Source of the DNA: Ruditapes philippinarum
Taxonomy: Eukaryota
Length of the DNA: 64,000 nucleotides
Reading direction: 5' to 3'
Assembly (NCBI RefSeq): GCF_026571515.1
Contig: NW_026862082.1
Coordinates: forward strand, 62,001 to 126,000
Shown here: piece after piece, positions 28,030 to 42,059 of the stretch
Layout of the letters: each line of letters begins with the position of its first letter
How positions within the stretch are numbered: the stretch's first letter is position 1
Notes under the pieces: model-generated
What the model was told of the DNA's origin: nothing
The model's database searches: none
Seen by the model: the letters and a program-made list of their open reading frames with translations, nothing else
Program-made: the position numbers and the translations under genes

Positions 28030-31000
28030 TTCCAAAGAAAACATGTGCCTATGGCCACTATGTTAAAACGTATTGGTGTCACTAAAAGAAATTTTTTCTA
28101 ACGTAACATCATAAAAGAAGCTAAGAATGATGCTTTCAGGTTGGAAAAGACGTGTTGACAAAACAGAGATATACACGTATTTATGTTGTGCTGTAAAAAG
28201 AGTCGAAACTTGTTTTGCAGAACAACGGTGTTTATGTATCTATGGTAATTGGATTTAAAGATGCAAGCTGTTTTCTCAAAGGTATAAATCATGCCAATGA
28301 ATTTGACCTATACAACATATGTGATTTCTTAGAGCATACTTAGAGATATTTTAAAAGATCATATCTATTCAAATTTAGTTTGGATGAAATCTTGTATTGT
28401 TAGGCTTGTTTAGACTAAATTGAGAGTGATATTTTTCAAGTTAATTTAATTTCTATTTTTTTTAATTTAATTCAATTTTTAGCATCTAAATTGTAACTGT
28501 TGATTTACATATTTGAAGATACAGCTTAGTCTAATAATACATTTGAAGCGGAGGAAATACAATGAAAATTCTGTCATCTGATGCAAAATTTCTAAATTCG
28601 AAATTTTACTATATTTCATGTCTGAATGTTCATTTGAAATTATTTTAAAACTTATTGGCTTAATAAGTGTTTGTGAGCGTCATTATATAATATCAAATGA
28701 ATTGATAGTAAGCACAATGACAGTAGTGGTTATTGTGTGAATAAAATATGTAAAATATGATAAACATGATCAACAAGGAAATTCGCGTTCAATAAACAGA
28801 ATGCTATGATTATATCTGATACATTATATTTGTCTGTAAGTGGTAGTTGTGTGAAACATTTATTTAAAAATATATAATTTTATGTATCTTGTGTTCATTG
28901 TAATTCTAAGTTCTTTATTTGTATACCTTGTGCATTTACATAATATCTATACTAATCTGCACTGTCTGGAACCAATGGCGAACAATTTGTTGACTTTGCA
29001 ATTCTAGATGTGTAAGGAACAGTAATTGACGTTTACTTTCAGCTTTATCAAACTGTCAACATGTCGTGCATATTCAAAATTTGGCGCCATATAGCCATAA
29101 ATCGAATATCCAATCATTGGCTTAGAATATGGCGTTAATCAGGCCTGACTCTTACTCGACACTACACTAATATAAATCAATTATAGAAAAGTGCTTTTTT
29201 ACAAATTTTGTATCAGATGACAAACCATTGCTCACCAATGGAATATTTATTTATTTATTTATTTGCAGTGTCAGAAGTTTATTTAAATATTTAAGATTGT
29301 TTTCTCTAATTAAAAACAAATATACTAAACTACTGAACAATTTGAAAGTTTAACCGTTGTGTATGCCACTTCTCTGAGCATAAATTATTTAAGAACAATA
29401 CTTTGGCAAACAGGTTCTTTAAAATGCCCAACAATTTGCATTTTTGTACCGATTTATTTCTGAACTGTGTATCAGTCATGCAACTGATCCGACTTCCTGT
29501 CGACTGAAAACATACATCAGATAAAATTGAAGTGCTCAATGGGGAACACAGACATCATGTCATTAATATCGTCTGATAGGTATGCGTTCTTACAATATTA
29601 ATTTTGAAAAACATGCCTTTTGCTGTTATCCTGCTCATTACGACATTTAGAATAACTGATGACTACTAGCTCTCTGTGAAATAAATATCTGGAAAAAGTT
29701 CTCCCTCGGAAGCATTTCGGGTTTAAATCTAAAAAGTATTAACAGTAGAATTATATTCCTTCCGTTATTATATGGTTGATTCCCGAAAAAGTTGAAACAT
29801 AGAATGTCTCTTGTTATTTAATACACATGAATAATGTACTCAAACAGAATAAAATGTTCGGGAACAAAATATTATTTTGCTATTTGAAGTAGGGTTTTAT
29901 TCGCTTAGCAATGATTTCGTGCATGCCCCATTTACTTATAAGGCAATAAATTACCATATTTATTTCAAGCAAGTATTTTGGAAGTATACTATTTTAACTA
30001 AAACAACTATTTCTGCATCATCGGTTCTCAATTTTCAACCATGAAAAGTGCTGAACTAAATAATCTCGAAGGACCTGAAAAATATAACAACTCTGCAGTC
30101 AAGTACGGGACATACATCACTGGACACCTGCTGTTGTGATGTATAAATATCTGAAAAGAAAATGATCCTTTGGAAGTACATGTATGCAAAACAGCAAAAT
30201 TGCACGAAAATTGCAGACTCGGTTTGATAGATTTCGTACATGAGGAATAATGAAAAGCTTGCTTTCTTGTGAAAAATCAGAAATGTGATCCCCGGGACAC
30301 AACAAAATTACACGAAAAACTCAAACTAGGGGTCTTTTGAACGCCGCCTTTCCTTGTTGAGCTTGTTTTTTTTATATTTGATAAAATCGCATATAGCTTA
30401 TATAGACCTTTATGTCCTGAATTTCATCGGTCAATATAGGAAATATTGACAACAGCCAAAAAACGCGTACAGAAATAGTATCTGATTTGGCTTTATCAAG
30501 TCAGATCCCCTTTCAGAATTCTATTTTATTTAGACCCGCCTATTGTTTTCTCGTTTAGCGCACAAACGTTCCTTTACTTGGGGACAATGCGCCGCTTTTC
30601 ATGAAATGACACGAAAGAAAATGTCACATCGAAGGTTCCCTGATAACCAGCGTATGAGCACATCTGCGGTTGTTTGTTACTTCAAAATTTCACATTTTTT
30701 CATGTCTAAAAGTTAGTTTCCGCTTAAGCCGGTGAAAGGGGGTGTGAACGGTTACTTGTACTTTCCAGTAGCGTCCATGAACACGCTCAATCAAATCATT
30801 TTCAATTTTGTCATTCTGGGCGTTCTATAGAGATTCCGATTTTTCTAGTTTAATACTTGACTTTCCTTAAAGCGCTAATTGTCATTATTAGCTCACATAC
30901 AACTTTAAACATTCCCGTTAGTCAACCACTCTTACTTTGTTTTATAAGTTTTCATTCTTTAACTTTTTTCTTTGTATCGTAAGAAATAATATTAATCATT

Positions 31001-31200
31001 GCAATCTAGACTTGGGTTATTTAGTGTATATCTCTACAGGCAATTTTGATTTAGAGATGTCTGCTAAAAAACAACACGTTTATCATTATGTAATATCAAC
31101 CATCTTCATTTACAAGATAAACTGATTTTTTCTGCCAATAAAGCAAAGAGACAGTCCGTGTCTTTGTTATGTTTCGTCTATGTGCGTTCTTTTTTGCATT
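28030..31200 (+). repeat. Older, more diverged partial paralogue of the start of the 14 kb duplicated unit
   Basis: Anchors appear in the same order as in 34380-36450 and 49030-50830: AAGATGCAAGCTGTTTTCTCAAAG, AATCTGCA.TGTCTGGA..CAATGGCG, TGGCGCCA, ATCTAGAC.TGGGTTA, GAGACAGT. Confidence 0.8.
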
Positions 31201-31913
31201 TTCGTTTTCTTTGCTGTACAAAAACGCTTAACATCTCATGAGTCGTATGAGCCTGCTTGTGTAGTCCTTCGCTTTTCTGCCTCGAGAATTTGAAAATTAG
31301 ATACGACAAACTTTGATTAAAGTTTTATTACATTATGGCCGTTGAAAGGATATAAAAATACCCCATTAAATACAAGTTGGTTCAAAACAGAGTTAATAGG
31401 TTTTGCATATAATTTAGTTTTTCTAAAAAATGCATCTCGTTGTTTTACTGTAATCTTAATAAACTGGTCTGCGTTACATAGAAAGTTCTCCGTCTGAAAT
31501 CAGTCTTAAAACCAAAGTCTGAGTCAAGATTGAGTCAAGATTGCGTTTCAGAAAAGACGTCTTAAATTATGAATTATATTACAAGATTCTTTTAATTTCG
31601 AGACAGCTATACAGATGAACAATAAGACATTGCGAATAAAATTGTTTGTCATTGTATTTCCCTATATTTTCTCAGGAAAATGAATTCAATTATAGTCCAC
31701 AGTCTTTGACTGAAGGATAAAACTAAGTACATGTTTCTCAAGCTTGATTTTTCTTAAAATATTTTAGGTCATCTGGAGGCATGCAGCTTTAAATGGAACA
31801 GAACATAAAGCATATAAAATTGTAATGTATATACGACTTCCGAATCATCCTTTTTGTATAGTGATTCTTGTGCCATTTTCTGTAATACGCTTGTAGTAAA
31901 TAAAATAAATCAA

Positions 31914-32045
31914 NNNNNNNNNNNNNNNNNNNNNNNNNNNNNNNNNNNNNNNNNNNNNNNNNNNNNNNNNNNNNNNNNNNNNNNNNNNNNNNNNNNNNNN
32001 NNNNNNNNNNNNNNNNNNNNNNNNNNNNNNNNNNNNNNNNNNNNN
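31914..32045. other. Assembly gap (132 N)
   Basis: Run of N. Confidence 1.
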
Positions 32046-34249
32046 ATCATGTTATAATACATGATATATTTACGCGAGCATTTGCAGTTTATTCCTCGAC
32101 GTTTGCGTGACAGAAAACGTCTCCTTACTTTAAGGATGTTTTCTATCTAAAACTATTAATTCTTAGGTAATGGAGGTTCTTTAAGATACGAAAACATCTA
32201 ATGGGATACTCAGTGCGACCCTGCTATGTTGTTAAATCGTATAACTGTCAAATATAATTATTTCTCTTTCCTTTATTATAGTACAATTTCGTCTGGGAAT
32301 TCTTAATCTAAAGGCAAGTTATAGCAAAACAGAATGGAGTAGTACGGTGCAATGGAAATATCTAGTGCCGTTCAAAATAAAAGCAGATAGTTTTTTTAAA
32401 ATAATAAACTAAAAAAATGATCTTAAAATAATTAATTGAGTAGCGCTCAATCCGGTGCTAGGGGGCGTGAATGATGTAGCACATTTGTCATTATCCCTCA
32501 TGTACAAACTCAATCAAACCAAGTCTACAATGTTCATGTAATTTTTTGTGATAAATGCTTCCGAGGGATCACTCTTTTTTCAGATGTGTAAGAGTTGTAA
32601 AGAGATTCAATAGTGTTAGCCTGTCAAGACGGGATCACAACGTGTGGTGATTCGGCTTGGTTCCTATCATCATTATAAAAAGTAAAACATCATAGAAGAC
32701 GTCTGGGCGTTGGCTAACTACAGAAATAGTCTTTATATGCTTGCGTATGAAAACATATCATACAACGAATATTAGAACTTGAATCGATAACGTTACGATT
32801 CTGATTTTTAGTTTAAATACTACCCGTTATTTTACATGATTAAGTTCTTATTCAGCAAAACCAAAATGGTTTTAAATATGTTTATCTATTGATTTAAAAT
32901 TGAAATCTAATTTATATACTGCAATGACAAAGCAAAACGTCAATATTAAATTACATTAATATGCCAATATTTCGGTTAAATAACTGAACACTGTATTTGA
33001 TATACCTAAAATGATTCACACTTGAGATTATGCGCTATTTGGTGCATGTTTGCGCATACTTTATTGAGTCTTTTTTACGAATATTAGGACATGTACATGG
33101 TCACATGCCGAAAAAATATTAACACTAAAATAGTTTTGTAAAACAATGTTTTCATGATTATGACCGTGATAACTCAGTGAATGCATTTAAGTAAACTTTG
33201 GTTTCCATCTCGATTGTTACGTTTGTCAGGTTCCAATCATGTGATTTTATGAAAGTGACTTATGCCTATAAAAAGTTTTATCTCTTTTCTTAAATGTGCT
33301 TAACAATGTCCGCAACGACTTACTTCTAATTTGTGGCCATTTTGGATGGCGTCCTGAGACTAAAAAATAAACTGATATTAGTAAAATTTTATGAAAAGGT
33401 TAATTTACAGCAAGTGACAGTTTATATTGTGTCAATAAAAACTTACTGGTTATCTTAGGTAACATGTCAGGTTTTGCAAAATGATGAATTTGTTTCAACA
33501 AAACCGCTGCCATTTAACCATGTGATTAGATGACATTCTTGTTTCCATAAAATCACTATAAACGTGTTTTAGAATTATTCCTGCCATAATTGAACGTGAA
33601 TGACATCTAAATATGCACGTGCGAACTTGTTGAGTATGATTATTAAATTCTTTTAATATGGCATTCATCTTGGAAACCATCTTTAATGTTACATTTCACC
33701 CAGTGATGGCAGATTGACCCGGCCTAAATTTGTTTCAATCTACAATATTCAACATAGAAAGAACTGCGTGCATAACTAATTAATTCAGATATGTTACCTC
33801 CCTTTAATATAACTAGTAATAAGGTAAATCCAGATTATTAATGGGTCCACAACAGGTCCTATCGTATAAGGAACTGGTTTTTTTATTAGATGACTATCTA
33901 TGACAGGCAATTACTGCAATTATTAGCACATAACATTAGTTCATGAATATGATATCTAATGTATTATGACACTCAATACGCATCATACATATTTAAACTG
34001 AGAGCCCACCGTCCTATGAATGAAGAAATTGAATATAAAACATATTTATAATACTTTGTAAATTGCAACCCTTAGATATAGCACATTTAAATAATCTATC
34101 GTCTGCTATTGTTAGCCGACTAAATACGTTTCCTTATTTTTAGTTCACAATTGCCATTAACTTCAAGATACTATTTTTAAATATCTATAATTTTATGACA
34201 TCAAATTCGATCGTCTGCCTGATGTTAAAGCATGCATATGTACGATTGA

Positions 34250-34375
34250 ACGCACTTTTGGGTTACACTTTGACTCCAAAGTGCGTTACGCGCCTTGGGG
34301 TTGGACCCAAAAGTACGTTACGCACTTTGGGGTCGGACCCAAAAGTGCGTTTGACCCCAAAGTGCGATGTTACAG
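34250..34375. repeat. Palindromic minisatellite (unit ~31 bp, ACGCACTTTGGGGTCGGACCCAAAAGTGCGT)
   Basis: About 4 self-complementary units here. A collapsed version lies at 48970-49013 in copy 2. Confidence 0.85.
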
Positions 34376-35039
34376 AGCACAAATAAACGTAAAACGGTAT
34401 ATCGATGTAACGATCACTTGGAAACACCACCAAAACTTAAGTTCCTACATACATGCGTCGATTCTACGTTCCAAGGAAATCTGAATCAAATCTACCTAGA
34501 ATAGCTGTCTACGATTTCCCCTATTCTATATAGAATAAGACAACAATATACCTTTGATGACACTTAAATCAGGCAAATGCACTAGCACGAAAGTAGCGAT
34601 AGAGCGATTTTTTTTGTAAACCTAGATAGCTGTCTTTTGTTTACCAGGTGTGCATTCGCAAAAAAAGGAACGAGCCAACTGGCGTTGTTGCCTGTGTGAC
34701 CTCGTATGTACCGCGTAAATTTGGTGAAGAAAAGCAAATTTTGCAAATCATGCTTTATTGTACAATTGTCTGACCAATAAGCCTTAACTGCTGTTTTATG
34801 GCGCAGAATGTATTTCGATGCTGTAACTGTTTCTATTATAACTGAATTTCAAGATGCAAGCTGTTTTCTCAAAGTGATAAACATGTCATTGAAATGTGAC
34901 CCAGACAACATATGTGTTTTCTTAAGACATTCTTGAAAATATTTCATAAAATAACGTCTCTTCAAATTAAGTCTGGCATCTTGAGAAACAGAAAGGAATG
35001 TTTACAGGTTAAATCTCCTTAACAATTTTTAACAGGGGC

Positions 35040-35203
35040 TTAGTGTAAACATACTTATTTGAGCTCGATTGCGAAACACATTGCAAATTATATAAATCAC
35101 TTTCTTCGAGTCCACCATGGAACCAACCAGTATAAAGAATTATGGTCGTGACTCGAACCCATGATTCTTGGGTTGGGAGGCAACACCTTAACCACTATGC
35201 CAC
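35040..35203 (-). mobile_element. Old tRNA-derived SINE (family 2)
   Basis: On the minus strand: A box GTGGCATAGTGG, B box GGTTCGAGTC, then ...ACTGGTTGGTTCCA...CGCAATCGAGCT. Duplicated at 49604-49780. Confidence 0.75.
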
Positions 35204-38200
35204 TTTCCCTTTAATGGTAAACTTGCATAAAACAGTAAGTACAATACCGGTTTGAACAATTGAACGCTGATCGACAAAAACTATTTATTATAGCAAAGAA
35301 TTTATTAAGTATCAGTCAAATATAAACTCTTGCACTGTATGTTCAAGTGTACATTTAGAGCTGGTACATACACATTAAATCTATATCAATCTGCAATGTC
35401 TGGACACAATGGCGGACAATTTGTTGACTTAATGCTTCAAAATCAATCACAAATGAACAATTATTGACGTTTGCTTTAAGTTTAAATAATACATATCACA
35501 GGACTGTCACCATGTCGACAATATTTAAAATATGGCGCCAAAGTGTCATAAATCGAGCAACAAGTCATTGCCACTTTAATCAGGCTTGAGTCATACTTGA
35601 CCTTACAATGATATTAATCAATGTATATTGGTGTTTCAGATATTGTATGCATAGAATAAGAAGAAACATATTTGCTTATCATAGGACAATTCTATGAGAA
35701 GTAGGTTATGTTTCTTTGCAATGTCGTAGAAGTTAAGCTAAGTATGCTAAAATGTCTTCTGTAAGCCGAATCCTACATTTATAAACTGTTGACGTCAAGC
35801 ATGTCCCCTTGCCACTTTTCGTTATGTTTTAAGAATAATGTTTTCTAATAACTTAGACTCCCTACAAACGTTTTGCTTGTCGAACAAATTCAATGTCATG
35901 CAACTTATTTGTTGACACTCGTTAACTTCTCGCTTAGTTGATACACAATAAGGTATCATGAATATCACATTGTTTTAATTTTCTGAAATGTATGCTTATG
36001 CTTTAAGGCCATTTGAGTTAATTAAATATTTGGAATGCAGACTATTGCTATCATTCTGGTCACCTCACTAAAACATTAAGGAGAACCAATTAACCTCTGT
36101 GCGAACATGCCTTCTTGCAAAATCGTTTTAGATCAATGACATATGTAAATACATGGAAAAAAGGATTTTTTGTGTATAGATTGTAGTCATTATTTTGTTA
36201 TTTAACGATTTCGTTCATTCATTGTTTCCTAGCTTCCATAGCAAATAATACTTATCTTGGAAATCTAGACATGGGTTAATTTAGTGTATCTTTCTTCGGA
36301 CAATTCTGAAAGAGATGTCTGTAGATAAACAAAACGTATAAAGCATCGTTATATAATAACAACTATCTTCATAAACAATATAAATGAAGCTCGTTTTCTG
36401 ATGTAAAGAAACGAGACAGTTCATGATATTGTTATGTTCCGCCTATGTATGTACTTAAAATGTTTTGGCTACTTTTAATTCAACAAAACACAAAAAGCCG
36501 AGATAGAATAAAAATAAAGAGCACACACCATGCAATTGTTTGACTATATTGCTATGTTTAAATAGCTGTCTGTGAACTAAGAACTATGTACGGAGCTCCG
36601 TATCTAATTTGCTAAGAAATATTTAAAACTATTCAAACGATAACATAAGTGTCAACCTATTTATTATCTTTGATGTCTACAACATATTACTATTCAAGTT
36701 CTGGTGAACATTTCCCATATTTCGATCTTACAAATCCTATTAATTGTTTTCTAAATTCATAGGAAAAGCAGTAAACATGGTCAATTATAAATCATACTAA
36801 ACTTTCGTCGAGGCAAATTCAATAAACCAATTTATACTCACGTGAAAACAACGGGCAAATTGATGTACATGAACAAAGAGATACTATTTTGTATATACAC
36901 TCTTCGGACGTAATCAATTATTCTTGCAATTATTTATTATATAACAATTAAATAGAGACATGTTCCATAATGAATAAATGTCAAACATAAATCGTTTGTC
37001 GAGCAATATAGTTTATGTTGTTTTAAGATACTTTTGAGAAAGAAATTATCTTCATGCCACTGGCCATGCGGACGTCGGAGTACTGCACTGATTCTCGTAT
37101 TTTTACTTCTTCTTTGCACGGAAAGATCATTTCAAAAGGGATTTCAAACGATTTGCATTCTCTTGAAACGTATAAAAGAAAATTGATTGTCTTTTTATGT
37201 GAAAGGCAGTTTGCGTACATTACTATAATTTGGCATTTAAAATACATAAAATTCAAATTCTAAAACCAAAAAAAACAACACATGTTCATTGATTTCAGGC
37301 TTCAATGCCATTTAAATGAATTAAACAAAAAAAAACACGTTTGTGACTATTAATTGCCAGTGCCGGCATTCCTTAGAAACATGAAGCAATGATTACAGAA
37401 ATATTCTCTTTCTTAAAGGTGCATTATGCCTCAAAAAATGCTACCATTTTTATTTCACAAAAACATGATTTTTTTGGCATATTACTACAGTTTCCAAAAA
37501 ATACACACATTTGCTAAATAAATGAACTCTTTGCTTATTTTGCTTTGTTTGCAATTGGTATAATTATAACAGTGAATTAATAGTTTGTATGGTAGTCAAC
37601 ATAACTATTTTGCTTACATTTCGCTTCCTTTACGGCACATCAATGCACATTTATCGCTACTGTCATCAGCTGCTAAAAATCTAACATACCCTAAATTCAT
37701 AAATAACGTTTTATTCAACTCACGTTTGACATTTCTAAAGAATTTCATAAAATACGGATCTTTGATGTTAACAGAACACAAACATAATAATAATAATAAG
37801 AAGAAGAAGAAGAAGAGGTAAAAGAAGAAGAAGTTTTAAATTTTGAGAAATACAAATGAAAACACTTTGAGGCTTAATGGGTTAATTGGCCACTCTAATT
37901 ATAATGCATATGTGTACCGAAAACAAAACATGGTTAAGATTAATTCAGTTTTTATTTCGGAAATACCTCTCTTTGAACGGTAAGTGCGTTTTCATTAATT
38001 TAAATTCAGTCTAATATCTAGCATATACAAAAGTTAGAAAATTGGTAAAAACGTTTCTGTATAAATCGCTGCCTTTCAGATGACTGTGAAAAAATAGGAA
38101 ACATAGGATTGAACTATATGTTTATTTAAATTGGATTATTGAATTTTAACTTTAATGTTTTCGAATGAAGGAACAACATTTCTTATTCATAGTTTTGTAT

Positions 38201-39349
38201 AAAATGTGTATTGCCAATTCAGTATAAAACATAATATAATAGATAGTTTAGCCTTAAGAGGCGTGTTATATATAATAAAGATGTGGAAAACACAGCATGT
38301 GGGAGGAAAAACGTTTTTTATTAAATAACAACAAGGTATTGGAGAAAAAGTTCTCTTTACCGGAGACCCTTCGTGCAGCTGGATATTGGAAAAGATAATC
38401 TATTAAAATTTTTATTAAATTCGTAAAATAACCACCTAAAATCCTCATCCAAAATATTTAATGAAGAGAGAAAATAAGTTAATTATTGTTCTTTGCAACC
38501 TTGCCATGTTATTAGATCGTATATCTGACAAAGTAAATTTTCTTCAAGTGGTTTTATAAAAGAAATAAAGATAATGAAATACAATGAGAGCAAAGTTTGA
38601 ATTATGCGAAATGCTAAGGTAATTTTTTCAAATGAAAATATTGAACAAAATATTTTGTATAATGAAATTTGGTATCTTCATATTGGTAGTAAACTTTGAG
38701 AGAAAAAAATATAGTATTTAAGTATTTGTTGGTAGCAGTTTTTAAGCACCTGTTGATAACATAATTTTTTACCAGATTTTTGTTGCATCTGCTGCGGCAC
38801 AAATGATTTGGATCAGACCTGTTTTGAAACCTAAGCAGAATAACGCATTTTTGTTTTTTAACATTGGTTTAACTCACAAGCTCCCCTTTCAAAATTATTT
38901 TTAAGCATTATTCAATAGAATACTTATTTCAACATAGAACTATATTAACATTCAAAGTGTGAAACTACAAGTAAAATCAATGAAATAACACAAGTAAGTC
39001 AAAACAGTCAGAAACACGTAGTATTGTTTTCTTAGCCGTCCGTGCAGACTAACCAGTAATGGTCAAACGCGTAATCCAGTGAAAAAGCACTACGGCGAAG
39101 ATGGCGACGAAGTGATAAAGATTGTAACCTATCGTGAATTGCTAGGTAGTTTATGTTCGAAAATAGCTTTAAACAAATTGGTTGTTGTTGTTGATAATTT
39201 GCTTGTTAATAGATGATTTATGTTTTTACAGCACATGCTTCACCCTATGGCATGCTACATTAACGGATATCAGTGTGCCACGCTTATAGGTGGATTTTAC
39301 CTACGGCGTGGTCTTCAGCGTACCAGTCCTGACACAGTATAAAACGTGT

Positions 39350-39720
39350 TGCTGATATCTTAAATTAGCTGATATCAATCTTTATCTACTTCTTAATAAC
39401 GATTTCAAAGTACTTGCTCATAGCCATTTTTAAGTATTTGTTGAAAGCAATATTTATCACTTGTTGATATCAATACTTAGGTACGTGTTGATAGAAGTCT
39501 ACAAGTACTTGTTGACAGCAGTACTATCTACCTGTTGTTTTTTGGTTGATAGCAATAGTAAAGTATTTATTTGTAGCAATTTTAATAACTTACTGCTTGC
39601 AATCTTTACTTAATTGTTGTTGTATTTGTTGATAATATTTGTTGCAATATTTAAATACATGTCGATAGCAATCATTTAGTCCTTCTTGATATAAATCCAT
39701 TAGTAATTGTTGATTTAAAT
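39350..39720 (+). repeat. Degenerate ~25 bp minisatellite (AAGTACTTGTTGATAGCAAT...)
   Basis: Repeated TACTTGTTGA/TTTGTTGA..GCAAT units. Paralogue at ~57290-57630. Confidence 0.8.
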
Positions 39721-40189
39721 AGAAAAGTTCATGCAGGAATATTACAAACTGCTTAAAATGAATGTTTCATGTTTGTTCAAGATTCGGTAAAGTAATACTT
39801 GAAGATGATTGCTATTATAAAAATAATGATACAAATACCAAGTTTATGGTAACGTCCAAATGTAACATGATTTATTTGGAATTGAAAATAAAAAAAAGAA
39901 AACTTATGTCATTCTTAAAATTCCGAGCTGTCAAATTTGAAATAACTATGGCATGCACTGTATACTGTATACACTGTATTTTTACACGTGACAAGTGTAC
40001 AGTGAGATGTAAAATTTTACCGCTCTGTGAAATAAGTCAAATTTACAAGTTATAAAGGACTTTTTGGATTACTAAATAGTTGTATGTACTTCTTGATATA
40101 CCTAGCTAATGTCGGATAATAATAATACACCGGTTAATAACTCAACATCCTCAAAAACTAAGAAAAATAAACGTCCAGTTACCTCGCCT

Positions 40190-41036
40190 TTGTTATTGGT
40201 CAGCACTTTATGGTGAGCTTGGTTGTTAGGCAAGCGTATTTACTTCTTAAGTCAGACACAGATGATGGTCGAAATTATAACGAAAAAAAATGGGCTTCTT
40301 TTATTAAAGACACCTTGTCAAGTCTTGGCTTTTCATATATTTGGGACAATCAGTTTGATATAGATATACCATATGATACTTTTAAACAAAGATTAAATTG
40401 ACACCTTTCTACAAAGTTGGTATGCATCTATCAATAATTCACCAAGATTACAAACATATTGTATAATTACACATTCTTTTGAAATGGAAAAGTATTTAGA
40501 TTATGTCCAAGAAAGTAAATACAGAACTGCTTTAACTAGATTTCGAACTTCTTCCCATAATTTATTTATAGAAACTGGTAGATACGAAATCATTCCTAGA
40601 GAACAGCGATTATGTAAATAATGCAATATGAAGCAAATAGAGAGTGAATACCACTTTCTCCTTGTGTGTCCCAACTACCGAGATCTTTGAACAAAATATT
40701 TTAAAAAATACTACTGCCATTGGCCTACTATGAATAAATTAGATAGTATCTTGTCGTCAGACTCAAAGAAAACTTTATGTGCCTTAGCTAAATTTTTGTA
40801 TTGGGCAAATCATAAACGTATATCTTATTTATAAGCTGATATTTTTTCTGAAAAACTATATTGTTGATAAATACAAGTCTTATTTGTTCCCATATTAACT
40901 TGTATTCTTCAGAAAACTTGTGTATAATTGTTAACTGCTATTTTTCTCACTGTACATGTGTATCATTGTTAATTGGCTATAAGCAATGCATTTTGTTTTA
41001 TGCTTAATAAAATTCGTATTCGTTTTCGTATTCGTA
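40190..41036 (+). mobile_element. 5'-truncated, decayed non-LTR retrotransposon (RTEX-like ORF2 C-terminus plus 3'UTR)
   Basis: Translation with frameshifts: KWASFIKDTLSSLGFSYIWDNQ ... FLQSWYASINNSPRLQTY ... FEMEKYLDYV ... RTALTRFRTSSHNLFIETGRY...REQRLCK*CNMKQIESEYHFLLVCP, a CxxC..H..C zinc-knuckle region typical of LINE ORF2 ends. It ends AATAAA + (ATTCGT)n at 41006-41036 and contains in-frame stops. The clade assignment is tentative. Confidence 0.85.
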
Positions 41037-41508
41037 TACATTAATACATTAGCTACACGTGTAAATGTCCTGATTATAATAAAAAGAATTTTACATACCC
41101 CTGCTCTTTGTAATAATTTGAACTTACCTGAAATAGAAAGAAACATTATTTAATAATTATCATTACGCTGCCCGAGAAAACATTTTGATACAACTATCTA
41201 AAGAACAAGCTAATGAAACCATTTTTAATACTTAAGATTTATCAACACGAGAAAATATATTGGATACAACAAATATCTAACGAACAAACAATTAAGTAAA
41301 ACAATTCATATATTGTTTAATTTACAAAATAACTCGGTTCATTAATTGCATAAACATACTTTTTAATACCTCCTCGACAGTATTTGTAAGATTTTTTAAT
41401 TTTGCTATGGTATTTTTTATTTGCATTGTTTTTTTTAAATTACATTTCTTTTATGGACATAGTTTAAACATTGATTGTTTAGGTGGTTTGGGCCTTAGAT
41501 TATGACAT

Positions 41509-42059
41509 GCCTTAAAGATCGTTCAGCACGACATTATTGTTGGGCTTGTGGTATTTTTAGTTTAACTTTTCGGCATTTTCTAGTTGGGTGGTTACAATAT
41601 TCCTACTTGAATAATGTTGAATCACCCTTAGGATATGTTGCCTGCTTTTTAACTTGTCTTTTGACGTCTTATCTGTGATATGCAGGCTTCATAACCTCTG
41701 ATCCCCTTTCAAAATTCCATTTCATTTAGTTCCGCCCATTGTTTTCTCGTTTAGGGCACACGCTTTTTATTACCTGGGGACCATACGCCGCTTTTCATGG
41801 AATGGCACGGAAGTGTCACATTGCAGGTTCGATGATAACCGCCGTATGAACACATCTGCGGATGTTTTATAAATTCAAAAATTTACCATAGTTTAAATGT
41901 TGAATTCTGCTTAAGCCGGTGCTAGGGGGCGTGGACGGTAGTTTGCACTTGACAGTACCGTCCATGAACAGGCTCAATCAAACCGAGCCTGCAAAATTTT
42001 CAATTTTGCTGTGTTGGGCATTCTTTAGGGATTCTTATTTTCTCTATATTTTATCACAC
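41509..42059 (+). mobile_element. Long module C element, present in duplication copy 1 and absent at the equivalent site in copy 2 (~58220)
   Basis: Copy 2 reads GATTATGACA-AACGCAAGTGG, while copy 1 reads GATTATGACA-[550 bp]-AACGCTAGTGG. Homologous to 47960-48433 and 30500-30845. Confidence 0.6.

Noticed and set aside
4524-32580. CRISPR-like or other prokaryotic repeat-spacer system
   Set aside because: The context is eukaryotic, the repeats are long, diverged and kb-spaced with homologous spacers, and there are no cas or other prokaryotic genes.
41755-41910. Translation LFITWGPYAAFHGM resembling a GPCR TM6 WxPY motif
   Set aside because: The preceding residues are not transmembrane-like, the frame breaks quickly, and the paralogues at 30560 and 48150 do not retain it. 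Likely chance.
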